Shown here one piece after another: positions 45,847 to 54,974 of a DNA stretch of 64,000 nt (position 1 is its first letter; each line of letters starts with the position of its first letter). Below the pieces are notes generated by a model. That model made no database searches and was not told the DNA's origin. It was given only the letters and a program-made list of their open reading frames with translations. The DNA lies in the NCBI GenBank assembly GCA_963785725.1, contig CAWAWS010000018.1, positions 1 to 64,000 of the forward strand. The letters are read 5' to 3'. The position numbers and the translations under genes were made by a program. Origin of the DNA: an uncultured delta proteobacterium. Lineage in GTDB: Bacteria; Myxococcota_A; Polyangia; Palsa-1104.

Positions 45847-46478
45847 GCGCGATCTTTCGCGGCTACAGCATCGTCAGCGACGAGCGCTTGCACGAAGGCG
45901 GCTTCCTCAACATTCGTCGCGTGCGGCTGCGCGTCCGCCGCGACGACGGCTCGCTCTCGGGCGAAGGCTTGTACGACTTCGTCGAGCGGCCGATGGGTCG
46001 CGACGCCGTCGTCGTCGTCTTGTGGCACCGCGCAGCCGACGGCGTGCAGGTCCTGTTGCGCACGGCGCCGCGCGTGCCTTTGTGGTTCCGCGATCCCGAC
46101 CTCGGCGCGCAGTTCGTCGAGGTCGTCGCCGGCATCCTCGAAAGAGGCGAAGAGGACTGGCCCGCGATCCAGCGACGCGCCGCCGCCGAAGCGTACGAGG
46201 AAGCGGGCATCGCCATCGCGCCCACGGCCGTCGAACGCTTGGGGCCGCCCGGGTTTCCGACTCCGGGCATGTTCTCCGAGCGCTTCTGGTTCGTCCGCGG
46301 CGAAGTGGTCGACCCGAGCGCCGCCGTCACGCCGCCGACCGATGGCTCGCCGTTCGAAGAGGGCGCGACCGTCGCTTGGCATCCGCTCGCCGCCGCGCTC
46401 GCCGACTGTGACGCCGGCCGCATCCCCGACTTGAAGACGGAGCTGGCGTTGCGGCGGCTGGCGGCTACGCTCGGCTGA
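45843..46478 (+). CDS. NUDIX hydrolase (ADP-ribose pyrophosphatase-like)
   Basis: EVVAGILERGE...RRAAAEAYEEAG Nudix box; TPGMFSE; DLKT. Confidence 0.85.
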   Translation: MSAIFRGYSIVSDERLHEGGFLNIRRVRLRVRRDDGSLSGEGLYDFVERPMGRDAVVVVLWHRAADGVQVLLRTAPRVPLWFRDPDLGAQFVEVVAGILERGEEDWPAIQRRAAAEAYEEAGIAIAPTAVERLGPPGFPTPGMFSERFWFVRGEVVDPSAAVTPPTDGSPFEEGATVAWHPLAAALADCDAGRIPDLKTELALRRLAATLG

Positions 46479-46987
46479 TGCGCGGCGACGACGGCGATCC
46501 CTATCGTTCGCCACCCGTCGATCCGCAGTTCGTCTGCCTCGTCTGCTTTCGCTCGTTGTCGGTGCAGCCGGGCGAATGTCCGGCCTGCGGCGTGCCCCGC
46601 TTGGCGCTGGCGAACCCCGAAGTGCGCGACGAGCTGCGCGCCGAAGCCGAGCGCCGCGTGCAAGCCCGCGTCTACGGCGAGTGGTTCTGGTGCTATCTGG
46701 TCGCGTTTCTCGTCACGACGCCGATGGGCTTCCTCGGCGGCGATCTGTGGCGTCGTCTCGTCCTGTGGATCATCAGCGCCATGCTGGTCGGCGGCGCCAA
46801 CGTCAAGATCTACGAGAGCCTGGCGCCACGCTCGATGCTGCGGCTGTTCGCCGATCGTCGGCGCCGCCTGTTGCCGCCGGCGGCCGACGCGCCCAAGCTC
46901 CTGCCCGCGCACGCCGAAGATGGCGAAGACGCCGACGTTCGCCGCCTCCTGCAGCTGCTCGGCGCCAAAAAAGACGACGGTAAATAA
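46478..46987 (+). CDS. Zinc-ribbon membrane protein
   Basis: CLVC...CPACG followed by two TM segments; TGATG overlap. Confidence 0.65.
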   Translation: MRGDDGDPYRSPPVDPQFVCLVCFRSLSVQPGECPACGVPRLALANPEVRDELRAEAERRVQARVYGEWFWCYLVAFLVTTPMGFLGGDLWRRLVLWIISAMLVGGANVKIYESLAPRSMLRLFADRRRRLLPPAADAPKLLPAHAEDGEDADVRRLLQLLGAKKDDGK

Positions 46988-46991
46988 GTCG

Positions 46992-48074
46992 TTACGGATG
47001 AGGATGGACGGCGACGATCCAGTTGCCCGCCTGCTCCATCACGACCACGAGGCCCATCGGCGTGTCGCGCACGAAGCCGCGATCGTCGCGCTGCCAGCTG
47101 AGCGATCGCATGGTCATGGTCGCCGGCTTGGTCGTCTTCAGCTGCGCGATGTACTGGACGCCGCTCGAGCCCGCCGGAATCGGCTGCCCGGCGACGATGG
47201 CGTCGACCACGCGCGTCGCGTCGCGCTTCTCCTCGGCGTTGTCGCCTTGCAGCGGCCCGAATGCGAGCGCGCGATCGCCGAGCACGAGGAAGCTCATCAG
47301 CGCCGAGACGACGAGCTGCGGATCGTCGGGGCCTTTGCTCGCGGGAATCAACAGCGCGGCGCCGGCAAAGCCGCGCGGCTCGGCGCTCCAGTCGGGCCGC
47401 TTGCCGTCGCGGAAGGCGACGAGCGCGCGACAAAAGAAGAACTGCGGCTGCGTCGGGCAGCGGATGAGGCTGCCGACGAGCGCCAGCTCCTCTTCGCGCA
47501 GGTCGGCGGCCATGACGTTGGGCGGCTGGCCGGGCACGAGCTGCGCCTCTAGCGCGCCGAAGAGCGTCTCGGCGTCGGTGCGCGCGCGTAACAGCGCGTC
47601 GGGCGTCTCGTTGGTCGAGTAGTGCAGCTCCAGCCACTTTCCGGCGACGAGCGTCTCGATGTAGATCTCGCGCCTGAAGATTCCGGGAACGAGCTGCGTC
47701 GTGAAGGTCAGCTCGCCCGCGGCCTTGCCGGCGACATGCTCGCGCTCGAGGACGATGACGTTGCCGCGCTCGCTGTAGCCTTTGACGCACTGCTGGATGA
47801 GCTCGTCGAGCACGTTGGTCGGCGCGTCGTCGACGAGGAGCGAGAGGTCGCGGTCCGGCTCGGCGTGCAGCTGCGCCAGGCGAACGTAGGTGCCGCGCAG
47901 GACGCCTTCGCCGAGCACCTGCGTCCAGCCGGGCGCGTCGAGCGTGACCTCGAGGCCGCCGCCGTGCAGCGTTTGGCGCGCGGGGCCGGCTTTGGGGGCG
48001 CCGCCGACCGTCGCGCAGCCGCTGATGAAGATGAACGACGCGAATAAGCAGGAGATCGACGCGAGGCGAGGCAC
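46992..48074 (-). CDS. Hypothetical lipoprotein
   Basis: Lipobox ISGC; TACAAT 6 nt before the GTG. Confidence 0.65.
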   Translation of the reverse strand: MPRLASISCLFASFIFISGCATVGGAPKAGPARQTLHGGGLEVTLDAPGWTQVLGEGVLRGTYVRLAQLHAEPDRDLSLLVDDAPTNVLDELIQQCVKGYSERGNVIVLEREHVAGKAAGELTFTTQLVPGIFRREIYIETLVAGKWLELHYSTNETPDALLRARTDAETLFGALEAQLVPGQPPNVMAADLREEELALVGSLIRCPTQPQFFFCRALVAFRDGKRPDWSAEPRGFAGAALLIPASKGPDDPQLVVSALMSFLVLGDRALAFGPLQGDNAEEKRDATRVVDAIVAGQPIPAGSSGVQYIAQLKTTKPATMTMRSLSWQRDDRGFVRDTPMGLVVVMEQAGNWIVAVHPHP

Positions 48075-48096
48075 GCGCCGATTGTACCCGAAGCAG

Positions 48097-49842
48097 CTAG
48101 CGCGACAGCAGGAACGCCACGAGCGCTTCGGCGATCGCGTCTTGCGCCTTGCGCGCCTTTTGCGTCGACGGCTCGGGCACGTCGTTCATGAAGATCGCGA
48201 ACGCCAGCGGCGGATGGCCGGGCGCACCCGCGTAGCCGGCCAGGCACGACACGCCGGCCAGCGTGCCCGTCTTGGCGCGCACGTAGCGCTCGGCCAAGCC
48301 GCCCTCCATGCGATGCGACACCGTGCCGTCGGCGCCGGCCAGCGCCAACGAGCCGATGAAGTCGGCGGCGAAGCGGAAATCCTTGTAGGCGAAGCGCAAC
48401 AGCGTCACCAGCTGCAGCGGCGAGAACAGGTTCGACGCGTACAGGCCCGAGCCGTTGGTCATCTTGTACTTGTCGCGGCCGATGCCGAGGCGCTCGCCCA
48501 AGAAGCCGGCGACGGCGTCGAGCCCCTTTTGCCACGTGCCGGGCCGACCGCCGGTCTCGGCGCCGAGCGTCTTCAAGATCTGCTCGGCCATGAAGTTGTT
48601 GGAGTGCTTGTTGACGTCGCGCACGATGACGCCGAGCGGCTGCGAATAATGCGCGCTTAGCGCTTTGGCGGTCGTCGGCGCCGTGTCGCGCACGACGTTG
48701 CCGGAAATCTTGATCCCGCGCCGCGACAACAGCTCGCGAAACGCATAGGCGGCGTAGAGATCGGGATGCGCCACGCGCCGGAGCTGCACTTGCCCCGGGT
48801 CGCCGACGCGAATGCGGCCGCGCACGACGATCTCGGTGTGATCGGCCGCCTCGTGCGACTCGACGGTCACGAGCGTGCGGCCATTGGCGACGGTGCGCGC
48901 CTCGTTGACGATGGTGAAGTAGGGCGTCTGCGGATCGAGGATGACGCGCGCCGGCGCCGCCTCGTCCGCGCCCGGATAGACGTGCACGCCGACCGCGTTG
49001 TAGTTGAGCGACAAGGCGCCGTTGGGCGCGCGAAACGGCGCGTCCTCGTTCTTCTGCTCGAAGCCGGGACCGACGCGCACGGCGTCGAAGAAGCTGTCGT
49101 CGACGGCCAGGTCGCCGCTCACTTTGCGCAGCCCGCCCGCGTACAGGTCGCTCACCATCTTCCACAGATCTTCGACGACCAGCGACGGATCGCCGTGACC
49201 TTTGATGTACAGCTTGCCCTTGAGCTCGCCACCCGACGGCGGTGTCTCGGCGTAGACCACCGTCTTCCAGCGATATTCCGGGCCCAAGGTCGCCAGCGCC
49301 GCCGCCGTCGTGAACAGCTTGACGTTCGAGGCGGCGTTGAAGAGGCCGCCGTCGTTGCGCTCGTACAAGAGCTTGCCGCTGTCCACTTCCTCGACGGCGA
49401 TGCCGATCTTGGCGGTGCCCAAGCTGGAGTCGTTGAGCGCGGCGTCGATTTGATCTTTGAGCCACTTGCCGCGCTCGGCTGTCGTGCTCGTCGGCGCAGG
49501 CGAGACGGGCGTGGGTGCGAACTTGCCCGCTTTGGCGTCGCCACCCTCGGGCAGCTCGGCCGGCTTCGGCGCCGCCGCGATCGCCGTCGTCGTCGCCGGC
49601 TTGGCCGCGGCATCCGACGTCGCCGGCTTGGCCGCGGCATCCGACGTCGCCGGTTTGGCCGCCGGAACGGCTACGGCCGCAGCCGGTTTGACCGCTGGTG
49701 CAGCGGCCGTTTTGGCGGCCGGCGCTTTGGTGGCGGTCGTCGCCGCCGCGCCTGCGTCGCGCGCGCCGGCGTCGGGAACTTGCGCGTACGCCACCGATGC
49801 GCTCAGGCTTACGAGCAGAATCGGCAACGCAGACCGTGACAT
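48097..49842 (-). CDS. dacB: D-Ala-D-Ala carboxypeptidase/endopeptidase PBP4
   Basis: ASNVK (SxxK), SNN, KTGTL, GHGDP, NGSGL; Ala/Lys/Pro-rich N-terminus. Confidence 0.93.
   Translation of the reverse strand: MSRSALPILLVSLSASVAYAQVPDAGARDAGAAATTATKAPAAKTAAAPAVKPAAAVAVPAAKPATSDAAAKPATSDAAAKPATTTAIAAAPKPAELPEGGDAKAGKFAPTPVSPAPTSTTAERGKWLKDQIDAALNDSSLGTAKIGIAVEEVDSGKLLYERNDGGLFNAASNVKLFTTAAALATLGPEYRWKTVVYAETPPSGGELKGKLYIKGHGDPSLVVEDLWKMVSDLYAGGLRKVSGDLAVDDSFFDAVRVGPGFEQKNEDAPFRAPNGALSLNYNAVGVHVYPGADEAAPARVILDPQTPYFTIVNEARTVANGRTLVTVESHEAADHTEIVVRGRIRVGDPGQVQLRRVAHPDLYAAYAFRELLSRRGIKISGNVVRDTAPTTAKALSAHYSQPLGVIVRDVNKHSNNFMAEQILKTLGAETGGRPGTWQKGLDAVAGFLGERLGIGRDKYKMTNGSGLYASNLFSPLQLVTLLRFAYKDFRFAADFIGSLALAGADGTVSHRMEGGLAERYVRAKTGTLAGVSCLAGYAGAPGHPPLAFAIFMNDVPEPSTQKARKAQDAIAEALVAFLLSR
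49591..49662. repeat. 27-bp tandem repeat (~2.7 copies) inside dacB encoding AAAKPATSD
   Basis: CGTCGCCGGCTTGGCCGCGGCATCCGA at 49591 and 49618, partial copy at 49645. Confidence 0.85.
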
Positions 49843-51449
49843 CGACCAAAAATAGCAGGCGCGCGATCGGGCTGCCACTTCTCACCGTCGTGACCTTGGC
49901 CATGACGACGTCTTGCGGCAGCGGTCGCGTGCCCGACGACACGCTCGTGGTGCTCATCGAGACGCCGCCGCTGTCGATCGATCCGCGTTACGCCATCAAC
50001 GCCTACGACTTCAAGATCGGCCGCGTCGTCTATGCGCCGCTGGTGTCATCGGACACGGCGACGACCGATCTGCAGATGGAGCTGGCGGAGTCGGTCGTGG
50101 CCAGCCCGACGACGGCGGACGGCGGCAACGACTGGCTGGTGACGCTGCGCGACGCCCGCTTCTCCGACGGCAAAGCGGTCAGCAGCGACGACATCTTGTA
50201 CACCTTCGAGCGGCTGCGCGATCCCAAGACCGGCGGCGCCGCGGCGCGACTGCGCAATTCCTTCCGCGAGGCGGGCCTGACCGACATCAGCGCGCCCGAC
50301 GACAAGCACATCCTGTTTCACCTGACGCGTCCCTACGCCTCGTTCGTGGCCGATTTGAACGTCGGCATCATGGAGCGGCCGCAGCCGGGCGTGCCCGAAG
50401 GCGAATTCCCCATCGGCGCCGGCGCGTTTTCGTTCGTCGAGCGCAAAGGCGAGACCTGGACGTTCGCCGCCAATCCCTACTACTTCGGCGGCAAACCACG
50501 GGTGAAGCGGCTCGTCTTCAAGACCATCCGCGACGACAACTCGCGGCTTTTGGCGCTCGTCGGCGGCTCCGGCGATCTGACGCAGAACACGATTTCGCAG
50601 CTGCTCGTCGACGCCGTGGCCGAGCAGCCGCGCCTCAAAGTGGTGCCCGGGCGCTCGTCGGTCTACACCTATCTCGGCGTCAACAATGAAGATCCGATCC
50701 TAAAAGACGTTCGCGTGCGGCAGGCGATCGCGCTCGGCATCGATCGCGCGACGATCGTCCACACGACCTTGCACGACCACGCGGTCTTGGCGACGGGCAT
50801 GCTGCCGACGTTTCATTGGGCCTACGCCGCCGACGTCGACCACTACGACTTCGATCCGGCGCGCGCCAAGCAGCTGCTCGACGCCGCCGGCTATCCCGAT
50901 CCCGACGGCGACGGCCCGCTGCCGCGCTTCACGGTGACGCTCAAGTCGTCGTCGAACAAGCTGCGCGTCGCCATCGCCACCGTCGTCGCCGATCAGCTGC
51001 GCAAGATCGGCATCGGGGTCGACCTGCGCGTCTACGAGTTCGCCACCTTCTTCGTCGACATCAAGAAGGGCAACTTCCAGCTCTTCATCATGCAGATCCC
51101 CGAGATCGCCGAGCCCAACTTGTACAACGTCTTCTTCGCCAGCAATCGCATTCCGACGCGCGACAACTTGGACGCCGGCGGCAATCGCACGCGCTATCGC
51201 TCGGCCGAGCTCGACCAGCTGCTCGTGGACGGCCGGCGCGAGCTCGATCGCGAAAAGCGCAAGCTCATCTATCGGCGGATTCAGCAGATCTTGGCGCGCG
51301 ACGTGCCCGTCGTCAGCTTGTGGCACGAGGACAACTTGGTGGCCATGCGCAAGGTCGTCGACGGCTACGAGATCTGGCCGACGACGTCGATGTCCTCGCT
51401 CGCGAAGACCGGCAAGACGCCGGCAAACCCGCGACGGACGAGTCCTTAG
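49836..51449 (+). CDS. ABC transporter substrate-binding lipoprotein, family 5 (peptide/nickel)
   Basis: Lipobox TTSC, RFSDG, PIGAGAF, VRQAIALGIDR, AKQLLDAAG; start codon uncertain. Confidence 0.88.
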   Translation: MTSTKNSRRAIGLPLLTVVTLAMTTSCGSGRVPDDTLVVLIETPPLSIDPRYAINAYDFKIGRVVYAPLVSSDTATTDLQMELAESVVASPTTADGGNDWLVTLRDARFSDGKAVSSDDILYTFERLRDPKTGGAAARLRNSFREAGLTDISAPDDKHILFHLTRPYASFVADLNVGIMERPQPGVPEGEFPIGAGAFSFVERKGETWTFAANPYYFGGKPRVKRLVFKTIRDDNSRLLALVGGSGDLTQNTISQLLVDAVAEQPRLKVVPGRSSVYTYLGVNNEDPILKDVRVRQAIALGIDRATIVHTTLHDHAVLATGMLPTFHWAYAADVDHYDFDPARAKQLLDAAGYPDPDGDGPLPRFTVTLKSSSNKLRVAIATVVADQLRKIGIGVDLRVYEFATFFVDIKKGNFQLFIMQIPEIAEPNLYNVFFASNRIPTRDNLDAGGNRTRYRSAELDQLLVDGRRELDREKRKLIYRRIQQILARDVPVVSLWHEDNLVAMRKVVDGYEIWPTTSMSSLAKTGKTPANPRRTSP

Positions 51450-51988
51450 AACGGCGCGCTGGCGCTGGAGGCGCCGCCGGTGTCGGGCGACAGGCCGCCG
51501 CCGGACGACGACGTCTGGCGGCGATGATGCGAGATGGTGAGCGCGAGCGGAATGCCGACGAAGCGCAGGCCGAGCCCGGCGTCGTCGCGACGGACGACCT
51601 CGGCGCCGAATTGCCACTGCCGGTAGGTCGCGGCCACGCCTTCGTCGTCGGTGGCAGCGGGCTCCTCCGAGATGCGCACGACCACGCGCGCGCCGATGGG
51701 CAGCACGAGATCGGTGGCGACGAACATGCCGTCGGCCGAGATGTTGCGCGCCTGACCGCCGCCGCCGGCGACGTCGACCTCGACGTCGATCGGCAGGCGA
51801 ATCTGCTCGCGATGCTTCCACGGCAGCCGGCGCCGATTGGCGTCATGGGTGAACTGCCGCGTCAGCTCGTCGATACGCAGCTGATCTTCTTCCGCCAGCA
51901 CGTAGCCGAGACGATCGCGCTTGCCCAAGAGCACCCGATACTCAGCCGCGCGGCGGACCCACTCCATCGATGATTCATCCGTGCGCAT
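51446..51988 (-). CDS. PilZ domain protein
   Basis: HREQIRLP (RxxxR) and NISADGMFV (D/NxSxxG), GLGLRF. Confidence 0.8.
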   Translation of the reverse strand: MRTDESSMEWVRRAAEYRVLLGKRDRLGYVLAEEDQLRIDELTRQFTHDANRRRLPWKHREQIRLPIDVEVDVAGGGGQARNISADGMFVATDLVLPIGARVVVRISEEPAATDDEGVAATYRQWQFGAEVVRRDDAGLGLRFVGIPLALTISHHRRQTSSSGGGLSPDTGGASSASAPF

Positions 51989-52008
51989 GGCTCGTATCCC
52001 TTCGAGCT

Positions 52009-52024
52009 AGCAATGCCCGTACCG
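52009..52024 (-). promoter_or_regulatory. Putative sigma54 promoter of the PilZ gene
   Basis: CGGTACGGGCATTGCT = GG-N10-GC, 20 nt before the ATG. Confidence 0.55.
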
Positions 52025-52243
52025 CTCTCCGACGCAGCTGCCGGCGGTGGCATTCATTGGAATCTACGCGCGCCCAAAGCGCTAGTTTCCCGCTAGCGGT
52101 ATAATTTTCCGGCAGGCCGGAGACATTTGCCGTCGGTTTTTGAGCACCGCTGTGGCATTTCGGTCATAGCCGGCGCCTGCAGGAGCCGGCGAGCGCGCTA
52201 GGTGACGCCTCGCGTTCGCGTGCTACCTTTGCCCGCAAACGTC

Positions 52244-53605
52244 ATGGATCTGTTCCGTCACGCCGCCAAAAAGAACCGCTCGGGTCAGCCGCTGGCCGAG
52301 CGCATGCGACCGCTCGATCTGACCGAGTTCGTCGGCCAGGGCCACCTGATCGGCGTGGGGCGGATCCTCGAGCGCACGGCGGCCGAGCGGCATTTGCCGT
52401 CGCTGATCTTGTGGGGACCGCCCGGCACGGGCAAGACGACGCTGTCGCGCATCCTGGCGGCGCGGGCCAACGCGCGCTTCGTCGGGCTGTCGGCGGTGCA
52501 AGCGGGCGTCAAAGATCTGCGCGAGGCCGTCGCCGAGGCCGAGCAGCGCCTGGGCGAGCACAACGAGCGCACGGTGCTGTTTCTCGACGAGATTCACCGC
52601 TTCAACAAGGCGCAACAGGACGCGCTCTTGCCGCACGTCGAAGCGGGGACGATTACGCTCATCGGCGCCACGACGGAGAATCCGTCGTTCGAGGTCAACG
52701 CCGCGCTCTTGTCGCGTTGTAAGGTCGTGCGGCTGGAGACGTTGGGCGAGCCCGAGCTGCGCCAGCTGATCGATCGCGCGCTCGTCGACGTCGAGCGCGG
52801 GCTCGGCAAGTGGCCGCTCGACGTGCCGCCGGCGGTGCGCGAGCTCATCGCGCGCGAGGCGCAAGGCGACGCCCGGCGCGCGCTCAACACGCTCGAGGTC
52901 GCCGCCGAGGTCGCGTCGCCGGGCGCCGACGGCAAGCGCCACGTCGACGTCGCCGCCGTCGAGGAGGCGCTGCAGCGCAAGACGCTCCTCTACGACAAAG
53001 CCGGCGACGAGCACTACAACATCGTCAGCGCCTTCATCAAGTCGATGCGCGGCTCCGATCCCGACGCCGCGGTCTACTGGATGACGCGCATGTTGGAAGC
53101 GGGCGAGGATCCCATTTTCGTCGTGCGGCGCATGGTCATCTTCGCGTCCGAGGACATCGGCAACGCCGATCCGCAGGCGCTGACGACGGCGCTGAACGCG
53201 CTGGAAGCGGTGCGCTTGGTCGGCCTGCCCGAAGGCACGCTGCCGATGACGCAAGCGGCGACGTATCTGGCGACGGCGCCCAAGTCGAACACGGTCTTGA
53301 AGACCTACGCGGCGGCGAAGCAGGCGGTGAGCGAGCGCGGCGCGCTGCCGGTGCCGCTGCACATTCGCAACGCGCCGACGCCGCTCATGAAGTCGATGGG
53401 CTACGGCTCGGGCTACAAGTATCCGCACGACTTCGCAGGCCATTACGTGGCCGAGAACTATTTGCCGACGGAGCTGAAGGGCGCGCGCTTTTACGAGCCG
53501 TCGGACAGCGGCTACGAGAAGGTGCTGCGCGAGCGGCTGCACGAGTGGCGCGAGCGCGCGGCGCAAGCGAGCCGAGAGCGCGAGCCCGGATCCGACGACG
53601 GCTAG
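52244..53605 (+). CDS. rarA: Replication-associated recombination protein A
   Basis: PLAERMRP, WGPPGTGKTT, DEIHRFNKAQQD, GATTENP, SAFIKSMRGSD, SEDIG, YKYPHD. Confidence 0.96.
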   Translation: MDLFRHAAKKNRSGQPLAERMRPLDLTEFVGQGHLIGVGRILERTAAERHLPSLILWGPPGTGKTTLSRILAARANARFVGLSAVQAGVKDLREAVAEAEQRLGEHNERTVLFLDEIHRFNKAQQDALLPHVEAGTITLIGATTENPSFEVNAALLSRCKVVRLETLGEPELRQLIDRALVDVERGLGKWPLDVPPAVRELIAREAQGDARRALNTLEVAAEVASPGADGKRHVDVAAVEEALQRKTLLYDKAGDEHYNIVSAFIKSMRGSDPDAAVYWMTRMLEAGEDPIFVVRRMVIFASEDIGNADPQALTTALNALEAVRLVGLPEGTLPMTQAATYLATAPKSNTVLKTYAAAKQAVSERGALPVPLHIRNAPTPLMKSMGYGSGYKYPHDFAGHYVAENYLPTELKGARFYEPSDSGYEKVLRERLHEWRERAAQASREREPGSDDG

Positions 53606-53754
53606 CACCTCACCACGGTGATTTCGACCGGTCCGTGCCGGTCTGCGACGTCCATGGCTTCGTCGCTCCTCTTCGAAATACAGACGGTATTCCTTCGTCG
53701 TCGCGCCTCGCCCTGAACGCGAATCCTCGCCGAAATCACTGTGGCGAGGTCTAG
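53602..53754. mobile_element. MITE-like fold-back element E2 (153 bp)
   Basis: CTAG at both ends; IR ACCTCACCACGGTGATTTCG / CGAAATCACTGTGGCGAGGT (2 mismatches); internal core shared with E1. Confidence 0.7.
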
Positions 53755-53755
53755 G

Positions 53756-54916
53756 TTAAAGCGCGCCGACGCCTTCGAGGATCTGCCAGCGCAGCATGTT
53801 GCGCATGACCGACGGCGGCGTCATGCGCAGCATCGCCTCACGCAGCGCCACCGCCGGCGGCGACTGCCAGCGACAGAGTCGCCCGAAGCTCCAGCTGCGC
53901 TGCACGATCTGACGCGTGCGCGGCAGCCGTTCGCGCTCGTAACGCGCGAGCGCCGCGGCCGGCGTCGGCTCGTCACGCAGCGCGCGGGCGAGGGCGACGG
54001 CGTCGTCGATGGCCATGTTCGCGCCTTGTCCGAGGTTGGGCGTCGTCGGATGGGCCGCGTCGCCGATGAGCGCCACGCGGCCGGCGACATAACGCGCGAC
54101 CGGCGCGCGATCGACCAGATCGTTCTGCAAGATGGCGTCATCGGGCGTCGCGGCGATCGCTTGCGGGAGACCGAACGGCCACTCGGCATAGCGCGCCAGC
54201 AGCGCCGCTTTGCGTTCGTTGGCGGGCAGGATCCGATCGGCGGGCGCGTTGAACGCCGTCCACCAATAAACGGTGTCGGCAGAGACGGGACAGACGGAGC
54301 CGCGCTGACCGCGACCCTGCACTTCGCGCAGCACGCCCGGCTCCGACGGCGCCACGCGCGCGACGCCGCGAAAGCAGGTCTGCCCCGAGTAGCGCAGCGC
54401 GCTTACGCCGACGACGTGCGGCCGCGCGACCGAGTGCAGCCCGTCGGCGCCGATGACGAGGTCGGCGCGCTCGCTGCGCCCGTCGCTGCAGTGCAACGTG
54501 ACCGCGGCGTCGCCGGGCTCGATGCGCTCGATGCGCCGGTCGGTGTGCACGCGCGCCGCCGGCACGCGCCGCGCCAGCGCCGCCAAGAGCGTCGGGCGCA
54601 GCACGATGAAGCAGGCAGCATCGGCAAACTCGGGGCCCCAGTCGTCGAGCGCGAGCCAGCTCAAGGTCGTGCCGCGCGGGTTGGCGCCGGCGACCACGCG
54701 CAGCGGCAGCCTGTCGCGGCGCAGCTCGGCGCCGACGCCCAGCTGGTCGAGGCTGGCCATGGCGTTCGACCACAAGCCGACGCCGGCGCCGCCCTCGCGT
54801 AACGCCGGCGACTGCTCGAACACGTCGACTTGGAAGCCGGCCTTGTCGAGCGCGATGGCCGTGCTCAGCCCGCCAATGCCGCCGCCGACGACGACGATCC
54901 TGCCGATCTGCGCCAT
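53756..54916 (-). CDS. Group A FAD-dependent monooxygenase
   Basis: VGGGIGG, GADGLHS, LIGDAAHPTTPNLGQGANMAIDDA; GAGGAG RBS. Confidence 0.9.
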   Translation of the reverse strand: MAQIGRIVVVGGGIGGLSTAIALDKAGFQVDVFEQSPALREGGAGVGLWSNAMASLDQLGVGAELRRDRLPLRVVAGANPRGTTLSWLALDDWGPEFADAACFIVLRPTLLAALARRVPAARVHTDRRIERIEPGDAAVTLHCSDGRSERADLVIGADGLHSVARPHVVGVSALRYSGQTCFRGVARVAPSEPGVLREVQGRGQRGSVCPVSADTVYWWTAFNAPADRILPANERKAALLARYAEWPFGLPQAIAATPDDAILQNDLVDRAPVARYVAGRVALIGDAAHPTTPNLGQGANMAIDDAVALARALRDEPTPAAALARYERERLPRTRQIVQRSWSFGRLCRWQSPPAVALREAMLRMTPPSVMRNMLRWQILEGVGAL

Positions 54917-54974
54917 ATCTCCTCGCAGCGGCAGCATGCGGCGGTCGCGCGCGTCGCGCAAGCGGCGGTCGAGG

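Noticed and set aside
53756..54916. Calling the monooxygenase a canonical squalene epoxidase
   Set aside because: Lacks the SQE-type HPLTGGGM motif; kept only as a positional hypothesis.
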